Source of the DNA: an uncultured Planctomycetales bacterium
Lineage (GTDB): Bacteria; Omnitrophota; Gorgyraeia; Zapsychrales; Fredricksoniimonadaceae
Direction of reading: 5' to 3'
Assembly: GCA_964520655.1 (NCBI GenBank)
Contig: CAZFNI010000002.1
Coordinates: 128,770-192,769 of the forward strand
Length of the DNA stretch: 64,000 nt
Shown here: positions 60,201-64,000 of the stretch, piece by piece
How the letters are laid out: every line of letters begins with the position of its first letter
How positions within the stretch are numbered: the first letter of the stretch is position 1
Program-made: the position numbers and the translations under genes
Notes under the pieces: generated by a model
Databases searched by the model: none
What the model was told of the DNA's origin: nothing
What the model saw: the letters and a program-made list of their open reading frames with translations, nothing else

Positions 60201-61272
60201 TACCCTTTAACTTCACATTACCGCTGTTGGTAAAGGTGTTCGTCACGGTGATGTTCTTGCCGTTTAGATCAACAACCGACCCCGCTTGCAGCGTTAAATT
60301 CGCGATGGTGACATTGGTCGCCAAAATTGGAGCATACACAACTGATCCGCCCACTGGCTGAATGGTTACAGAATCGCCGGGAGCAGGCACAACCCCGCCG
60401 CTCCAGTTAAAGGGATCGTCCCAATCGGTTGACACAGTTCCGTCCCAGGTAAATGTGCCGTTGCCAAACGACCAATTGGTATTGTTGCCAGCGTCGGTTG
60501 ATGTTAACCCTGCAACCAAGGTCATGCCGGTGGCATTATTGTTATGCACGCTTAGATATTTCATGTCCTGAGCGCCGCCGGTCTGCAACTTTAATTTCGC
60601 CTGCGGATTAGCGCCTGATTTTTCCAAACTCAACAATTGCCCAATGGCTCCCTTTAATGTCAATAAATGCGTCACCGTCTGTTCTTCCGTGCCATTGGCG
60701 GAGAATGTGAGCGTATCGGCGGCGGCCGTGACCTTGGTCAAATTATAGAATGTTGTCGTCCCAGTGATGGTCTGGTTGGTCCCGTCAAAGGTGACTGTAT
60801 TGGTGCCGGGTGTATATGTTGCCGAATTCAACCAGTCTTTGCCGATGGTCATATTCAATCCATTGGCCTGGAATGTCCCAGCCGTGTTAGAAAAATTATT
60901 ATTGATATCCGCAACAGCAGGGGTCAATGACAGCGTACTTGCTCCATCATGAGTCAAGTTATAAAACGCATTAGCAAGCCCGCCTGTGTTTAAGATCTGT
61001 GTGCCAGAGGTGCCGTTAAAGGTGACTGTCCCTGTGCCTGAAGTGAAGACACCCGAACTAATCCAGTTTCCAGACACCGTGATCGACCCGGTTGTTGTGA
61101 TCAGCGTACCGCTGTTATTAACATCACCTGGAACGATCAGGGCACAGGCTGCCACATCGAGGGTACAATTAGCGGGGATCGTAATACCGGCGGCGAAGAG
61201 CTGCGAAGAGAAGATACACGCAAAAAAAAGAACGTATATATATACTCTGAAATTTTTTAGAAAAATTGACAT
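51280..61272 (-). CDS. 3330-aa secreted giant surface protein with ~335-aa tandem repeats, DUF11-like domain and beta-rich C-terminal region
   Basis: Single uninterrupted ORF with a signal peptide. Residues ~100-1300 are four repeats marked by TFY(N/Q/R)L(T/R)KV...TDWD...DFGATDYYNLTINDT. A DUF11-like segment follows (DKIPPGFKYLSNRVLLDG...TFTIGSIGPGITKTLKYQLVV). About 1000 aa of alternating-polarity beta-strand-like sequence precede a TPR-like tail. Confidence 0.8.
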   Translation of the reverse strand: MSIFLKNFRVYIYVLFFACIFSSQLFAAGITIPANCTLDVAACALIVPGDVNNSGTLITTTGSITVSGNWISSGVFTSGTGTVTFNGTSGTQILNTGGLANAFYNLTHDGASTLSLTPAVADINNNFSNTAGTFQANGLNMTIGKDWLNSATYTPGTNTVTFDGTNQTITGTTTFYNLTKVTAAADTLTFSANGTEEQTVTHLLTLKGAIGQLLSLEKSGANPQAKLKLQTGGAQDMKYLSVHNNNATGMTLVAGLTSTDAGNNTNWSFGNGTFTWDGTVSTDWDDPFNWSGGVVPAPGDSVTIQPVGGSVVYAPILATNVTIANLTLQAGSVVDLNGKNITVTNTFTNSGNVKLKGTETLNLTQDIVNPGTFTYVGTNTGTTITIKDFGATDYYNLTINDTNGSPDTFITNGALTLVNNLSVTAAVLNTSTNSNAVVVGGALTVNGGTWTATNSTIDVNGAVTISSGTLTAPASTTNTAFTVAGNWTHSGGTFTANNGKVTLDGSSQSMAGSTTFYQLRKVVAAASTLTLTAGTTQTISNNLVLNGVAGNVLSIRSSVGGSAANLNLQAGGTQAISYVDVQDNTASGLTLVAVAGGVDTGNNTNWIFGAATMTWTGTVSTDWDTSGNWDIGIVPTSIDNVVIANVANQPVLATNVTIGTLTTNASSNLTLNGKNLSVSGALTNNGTITLFGSETMSFGTMDTAHGTFVYVGNGDGTVDTVTIKDFGATDYYNLTINDTHGTKDVFITNADLTLANNLSVTSSSLNTSTNSNTLTTGGTLTVNGGTLTATNSIIDANGAVVISSGTFNAPAATTNTAFTVAGNWTHSGGTFNNASGKVTFDGTGQTMAGSTTFYRLRKVMAAADTLTLTAGTTQTVSNDLTLSGASGQLLSLRSTSSGSQANISLTAGGTQSINFMDVKDNNASGGVTLVARSSSVDSGNNTNWTFGGATLTWTGTTSTDWDVPTNWDLGIVPNSTDAAVVTNVANLPSLSTNVTLAVLTTNASSTLTLNGKNMTVTGALTNNGTVSLFGSETISFGTMDVAHGTFLFTGNGDGVVDTFTIPDLGATDYYNVVINDTHGTKDLFITNGALTLAHDLSVTSSSLDISTNANTLTTGGTLTINGGTLTATNGNIDANGAVVISSGVLTAPTTAKSFTVAGDWTHSGGTFTTSSGRVTMDTASAALITGNTTFYDWYSTTPAKVITFTAGSNQTVNNIFNFTGAVGSLIQLRSSSSGSSWNITFPNGDQTASLVDVKDSNALTSIVTCLECTDSLNNNTNWLFVSLQLSAPADNRTVGQLPVIIGTGPPNTNVRIKGLNEAGTEVIVATTRANAYGNYRVVLGHDDDTDAGTSVASGVKLRISTVADDNYLTPYVLSSSFVEVPGPQNDLTVVLAPTTSQVPQITSPVNNERIKGDKPVITGVGKPGQAVVVKANDSAGSLLLSSIGSSTTDGTGNYSFAVTTSLLKGTNYVSVVVDGVSSDLISLSLTDPFGYVFDSTTGNVVKDASVAIYRASDNHLAEVSSCDGSGNITVLRDLDCNDTNPFVTGTDGLYSFLAANGNYYIQLSNPDFTYPSVLTTFPVGKVVTTGSKGETFTVNNVILQIDHPVDINRFLLRIEKSANKTEVRIGDVVTYAVTIQNLSSSETINNIVLVDKIPPGFKYLSNRVLLDGIGIADPSGNRPLTFTIGSIGPGITKTLKYQLVVGAGVASGTYENVAQAKYSNGLVISNTTTKSVKVVMDPLFDMGTVIGKVFYDLNENGQQDAPEYDPTEGTTIVERPIPNVQIVTDDGTVITADREGKYSWPGVLPGRHMLRIDERTLPPGSYLTTDKAVVVDVTNGSISKVNFGVNMDNKQVVGKDAVFFNEKIALNQDKNKPAPRLNVAMFSPEEGKETLVIYNNTSLFKPAQFRIFTNYAAFLDSWQLDIIDRDTKKLVKHFTGTRFNIHDPIIWNGRGDDERMIRFDHHYAYVLSVKNEKGERDLTMEKPLEIRVIETEEEYKKEKDKETRSDWGKQQADNYRKWVDTQSAVNALEKQGITIAGETIHINRQGQDIKSVRVLKGGAVFADIPLEQYYGLTPKEMLDAGITAADKTDNIEIILPNGDYNLEVIGPQDKGEIVPPNPLDQISPPAITPSLTPVPLSLPPTVGLERYTRPIKVGDDYFMFVGLGDAKVGYNFNRGNVEPIQSSDHFQNKFWHQGKASYYLKGKIMGKYLVTSSFDTDRQQKELYRKLDPATYYPIYGDKSSINYDATDTQGPLYLMVQWDKSQAVWGNYAVDFNNTEFANFTRSFYGGKLDYQSVANNPYGDARTKVVLFHAEIQQRPSHNEFLGTGGSLYFLKNKDVVQSTDKIRIEVRDKVTGLVLSSKEMKNGADYELDEGQGRILFWQPVSMIAKSESIVSTDLIDGNPIYVVADYEYYVQDKLTESSEGARVAQAVGDNVVIGGTYVKETQTNKNFEMKGTDVTAHLGPDATVKAEYAQTQSLGVSSYVSTDGGISFTQLQSGDAANGVAYGIKGDARLFNRLGVASYYKWIEDSFTSVQSSSQQGKQLAGLALTFDLTPLTRVTARTDIQKLINNANLQTVAQVGASETSTTLVQVVHESERLKLTGAYQIQEVKNKIGDLVTTTNQVTKSLAGKAEYALNGRVTLTAGQQFDISNANNNITTIGAQGRVTDRLKISAQEAFSKAGTATTFGVSQNVTDKLALSTAYTLTQLATGESAKTTTFGAKQDINDKVSATASVSSTDSSTGTKTTSGTVGTSARINEQTVVDALVGKSAAANGQTVTTATVAATTGVIDKDTTIKTAVSMNQGTTSTIGLQGLTNTSTTASNSISVEANKRVNDNLTTASSVKVDDNAQGGKTTTIAVSQQAKINDRLQAVSERSFGITPTGTTSNSKYALAKEQDGRKVEASLTRAVGDQSGAVSQSNIFGLTGDVNDKLALLGSLEKGKVQNLDGSKTDRTAIALGAGYVWKDPELAMERLKDSAKVEFRFDEGNENKRQYVFYNALEGKITDNMSVSAKLEYSKTENVTTSAIEERHKQVILGASYRPVNFDRLNMIGQYAYKENAGPVGQSAGAVTDVAQSRTQVFGVEGVYDVNDAWQLAEKFAFRINDEKVTGFEFNRTHTWLMIHRINYKVDRDWTLSTELRNLTQVEAKDSKQGLLMEATRNINDYAQLGLGWNFTQFNDDLTNLNYTSQGPFLRMSGKLYDRSPEEKQRAKEKWLDNKVAEWAWAMVSRELQKPDSKVVVDLNHMFVLASAAQKASKFEESQQIYKDIIIAGQMMFDEASEFIRGKIAFEEKLQEYNKTAQDYYVTGEYVKARKLWEKIVADAQKGVLE
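57370..60970. repeat. About four tandem copies of a ~1.0-kb divergent DNA repeat inside the giant gene
   Basis: Spurious plus-strand ORFs at 57719, 58763 and 59789 have near-identical translations spaced 1008-1044 bp apart, mirroring the ~335-aa protein repeats. Confidence 0.7.
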
Positions 61273-61380
61273 TATCTAGATAATAAGATCTGGGTAAATA
61301 AAATAATTTAGAAATTCGCGCGCCCAAATACTATTTTATTTCATAAAGGAGAGGAAACAACGAAAGAATCAGATATTTTA

Positions 61381-63036
61381 TCAATTTGCTCTCAGGATGA
61401 TCGGCAGATTATTCGATAAAGATCCCTTCATGTTCTTCGTTCTAAGAAAATACTGCAGATTATATTGTGCTGTCGTATCAAACGGGTCAGCCTGTACGGA
61501 ACGCCTGAAATACTCTTCCGCCTTGCGTATATCATTGAGCTTCAAACAAACAACTGCCAATGTATTAAGGGCGTTACGCGCTTTAGGTTCAATGGCCACC
61601 GCTTTCGTTAAATACTCTTTGGCCTTTTCCAGATTCCCCTGAAAAAGGGCGATCGACCCCAGATTAGAATACATGATATAATCCGGGTATTGTCCCGTTA
61701 ATGCCATCTGATACTGCTCTGAAGCTAGATCAAGTTTTCCATGTGCAAAATAATACCGGGCCATATACATATGGATCGGTTTAAAGAACGGACTTTGCTT
61801 GAGCCAATATTGACTGTACGTCAATTCATTGTTCCATAGAGCATTGTACTGCCAGGTAATCAAGATAAAGCCTGACAATAACACCGCAGCGATCCCCAAC
61901 GTTATTTTCGAGAATATGCCCTTCGATAAAACAACGATCCCGTCAGCAAGGATCATAAAAAACCCAATGGACGTGAAGGTAAACCAGTGAACTTCGATGA
62001 ACATGTACTGGCCGTGAAACAGCGCGCCAGCTCCTAACAACATCATCCCTAACACTGTCCACGACAAGCCAAGCAGCATCCACGCCCTGTCTCTTAAATA
62101 CTTCCAGGCGATCCAAATAGCCCCCGTCCACGCTGATACCCCCATGATGCACCAAACATCAACACTGTCGCGGACCACGGGTTTAAAGACCGAGATCACA
62201 ATGCCGTCGGGAATAAAAAAACGCGAGATGTACCAGCCCTGCAGGGCAAACCACGACGCCAGATATTCCCACACGCTCATGTGATAACCGCTAAACTTGC
62301 CGAAAATATTCACGCTTAAGCTGGCCCATTTCAACCGCAGCAAAAAATAGATGATCGCCGTGATCCATAGTGTCTTTTGCTCAAACCATATCTGATGAAC
62401 GGGTTTGCGCTGAACTACAAACGACAACAACGCCAGCGCCAAAGGAAAGACAAACGCATTCTCATGGCAAAACAGCGCCAAAAGCAACAAAACGGAAGCC
62501 GCGGCGTGTTCCTTAAACGTTATTTTCTTAAAGCACAAAATCCACGCGCAGCTAAACAAAATCAATAATTGGACCGCAAAAATCCCAGCGGTCTTAAAAT
62601 TCACAATGATACCATTTAGTGGATGAACCAGCACAAAGACTGAAACAAGTACCGCAAATACAACATTTCCGGACAACTTAAAAAGAAAACGGCTGATCAA
62701 AAAGCTCGCCGCGATAAAGATCAAAAGATTGATCACATGCATCAAAAACACATTCCCGCCGGTGATAATGCAAAAAACCTTGGGGATAAGAAGAGCCAGC
62801 GGCCGGTAATAAACCTCCGTCGATGAACCTTCCAGATTCAGCATCTTTGCCTTATCCGGAACGACATTGATCCACAAATTCTTTGGGTCGCGGGAAGCCG
62901 CGTCAAAGAACACGTGGTCATCAATCATCATGGGATGGTTTAATCCATTGATAAACGCCAACAAACCCAAGACGAGAAAAAAAATCAACAGGTTATTGCG
63001 ATTCGATAAGAAGAGGGTAATTTGCTGCAGATTCAT
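61381..63036 (-). CDS. Polytopic membrane protein (GT-C/PMT-like?) with C-terminal TPR repeats
   Basis: More than 10 TM helices; an IDDHVFF acidic motif in the first loop; three or four C-terminal TPR units (...YSNLGSIALFQGNLEKAKEYLTKAVAIEP...). Confidence 0.45.
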   Translation of the reverse strand: MNLQQITLFLSNRNNLLIFFLVLGLLAFINGLNHPMMIDDHVFFDAASRDPKNLWINVVPDKAKMLNLEGSSTEVYYRPLALLIPKVFCIITGGNVFLMHVINLLIFIAASFLISRFLFKLSGNVVFAVLVSVFVLVHPLNGIIVNFKTAGIFAVQLLILFSCAWILCFKKITFKEHAAASVLLLLALFCHENAFVFPLALALLSFVVQRKPVHQIWFEQKTLWITAIIYFLLRLKWASLSVNIFGKFSGYHMSVWEYLASWFALQGWYISRFFIPDGIVISVFKPVVRDSVDVWCIMGVSAWTGAIWIAWKYLRDRAWMLLGLSWTVLGMMLLGAGALFHGQYMFIEVHWFTFTSIGFFMILADGIVVLSKGIFSKITLGIAAVLLSGFILITWQYNALWNNELTYSQYWLKQSPFFKPIHMYMARYYFAHGKLDLASEQYQMALTGQYPDYIMYSNLGSIALFQGNLEKAKEYLTKAVAIEPKARNALNTLAVVCLKLNDIRKAEEYFRRSVQADPFDTTAQYNLQYFLRTKNMKGSLSNNLPIILRAN

Positions 63037-63832
63037 GAATGACCTCGACCATGCTGTTATGGTTCTGAATATTGAATGCCGCCTTTTTTCTCACACCCTC
63101 TTTAGTCTGGTAAATAACTGACGGAACATCCGCAATCACATCCTCGCCGCTAATATACCATTCCCCTTTTGAAACCTTGTGGATCAGATCAACAGCGTGA
63201 CGCTGCTTATCATAATCGTTAGGGTCGATCCCTGCAACCACTACCTGCCTTTTTAGACGCACCGCACCGTTCTCATCTGCCTCAAAAACAAAACGTCGGT
63301 TGAATTGTTCGCTTAACACTTTCCATGAATAGATTGAACCTTGCGGACAATTGGGCTTGCGGGCATAGATCCATTCTTTGGTCACAACCCCTCCCTTGCC
63401 ATCTTTTGTCTGCACATAAATAAACATATCTTCTTCACGGTCATACACATAAACCGGAACGACCCAACCCTTATAGAGAAACTGTTTAAACGATCTACCT
63501 TCATTATCCAGGGTCAACCGTATACGCGCTGACATATCAAGATCCTTAAGATCTTTATCTCCCCTGGATATACTGATCCGTTTATCGATCGTTGAAGTGT
63601 GGAGATAGAACTGTGTTTTAACATTGAAATGATCTTTTGCACCAGAGGAAAAGGTCACAGCTACATCGTTAATATCTACAGACGCCTCATCTTTAAGCAT
63701 CAGCCCATTATTCCGTTGTGCAATGATCTTAAGAACCAGCTCAAGATCGTGAGGCTGAAGCGGAATATTATCCGCATATGTCGTCGATGTATAAATCAGG
63801 AGGAATATAAAAATGATCGATCGCATGAACAA
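62993..63832 (-). CDS. Secreted hypothetical protein
   Basis: Signal peptide MFMRSIIFIFLLIYTSTTYA; no recognised motif. Confidence 0.45.
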   Translation of the reverse strand: MFMRSIIFIFLLIYTSTTYADNIPLQPHDLELVLKIIAQRNNGLMLKDEASVDINDVAVTFSSGAKDHFNVKTQFYLHTSTIDKRISISRGDKDLKDLDMSARIRLTLDNEGRSFKQFLYKGWVVPVYVYDREEDMFIYVQTKDGKGGVVTKEWIYARKPNCPQGSIYSWKVLSEQFNRRFVFEADENGAVRLKRQVVVAGIDPNDYDKQRHAVDLIHKVSKGEWYISGEDVIADVPSVIYQTKEGVRKKAAFNIQNHNSMVEVIHESAANYPLLIESQ

Positions 63833-63837
63833 GAAAT

Positions 63838-64000
63838 ATTAGAAACCCATGTCGTAATATAAACCATTATTGGAAACTGCAGTTGAGGGGTCCGTAATCT
63901 TGACGACAAAACCATCCTGAGTACTAAGCACTGAGCCATATGTACTGACTTGGAAACCACTTTGACTTGCTGCGTTTCCCCCAACAAAAAGCTTGCTGTT
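63838..64000 (-). CDS. C-terminal fragment of a putative outer-membrane beta-barrel protein (5' end outside window)
   Basis: Manual translation of the minus strand ends ...STAVSNNGLYYDMGF* with a terminal aromatic residue, typical of an OMP last beta-strand; not in the ORF track because it is edge-truncated. Confidence 0.35.

Noticed and set aside
51574-61279. Dozens of plus-strand ORFs opposite the giant gene, including three near-identical ~100-aa ones
   Set aside because: Antisense shadows of the 3330-aa ORF. Their mutual similarity reflects the ~1-kb tandem repeats, not real paralogous genes.
1-64000. CRISPR arrays, rRNA and tRNA genes
   Set aside because: No short direct repeat/spacer periodicity and no rRNA-like conserved blocks. 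No convincing cloverleaf, GTTCGAATC-type T-arm or CCA-adjacent acceptor was noticed in the intergenic regions read, but these were not scanned exhaustively.

Overview
The window looks like a moderately low-GC bacterial chromosome segment; phylum is not determinable by eye, but pseudopilins, a PEP-CTERM protein and multi-kb surface-protein genes recall environmental or candidate-phylum lineages. Almost all genes are on the minus strand. Positions 1-17.4 kb form a dense anti-phage/defence island. It contains a Gabija-like gajA-gajB pair with a co-oriented third gene for a DUF2779 nuclease-like protein, truncated by the window edge. An IS3-family insertion sequence follows, then a complete Type I restriction-modification system (hsdR-hsdS-hsdM) and a RadC-like JAB protein. 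Next is an AbiEi/AbiEii abortive-infection pair fused operonically to a small metallophosphoesterase and bracketed by two near-identical 30-32 bp palindromes, then a Fic protein. The island ends with a strikingly AT-rich block of uncharacterised genes (a 284-aa soluble protein, a 51-aa TM peptide and a 222-aa membrane protein) flanked by ~95-bp repeats. Positions 17.4-35 kb are mostly housekeeping, envelope and redox genes: DoxX, GST, PEP-CTERM, TPR lipoprotein, DAACS symporter, TMEM175-like channel, CPBP protease, MtaB, HtpX, Dus and a lipoamide-dehydrogenase-like oxidoreductase. At 35.1-35.6 kb a 467-bp intergenic region between convergent genes is packed with long nested or alternative complementary segments, suggesting a structured RNA or switch. 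Positions 35.6-44 kb hold a BolA-LamG fusion, a glutathione/glutaredoxin cluster (gshA-like, gshB, grx, bolA, grxD), a minor-pilin operon (PilV/W/X-like) and ilvBN. Positions 44-61 kb are one tightly coupled minus-strand operon. It is headed by a 3330-aa surface giant with ~1-kb tandem DNA repeats, a DUF11-like domain and a beta-barrel-like C-terminus. It is translationally coupled to a 1258-aa charged coiled-coil protein carrying seven TPR-like hairpin modules, followed by a DUF255 thioredoxin-domain protein and two small proteins. No rRNA or CRISPR was seen, and no tRNA was noticed in the intergenic regions examined by eye (not exhaustively scanned).
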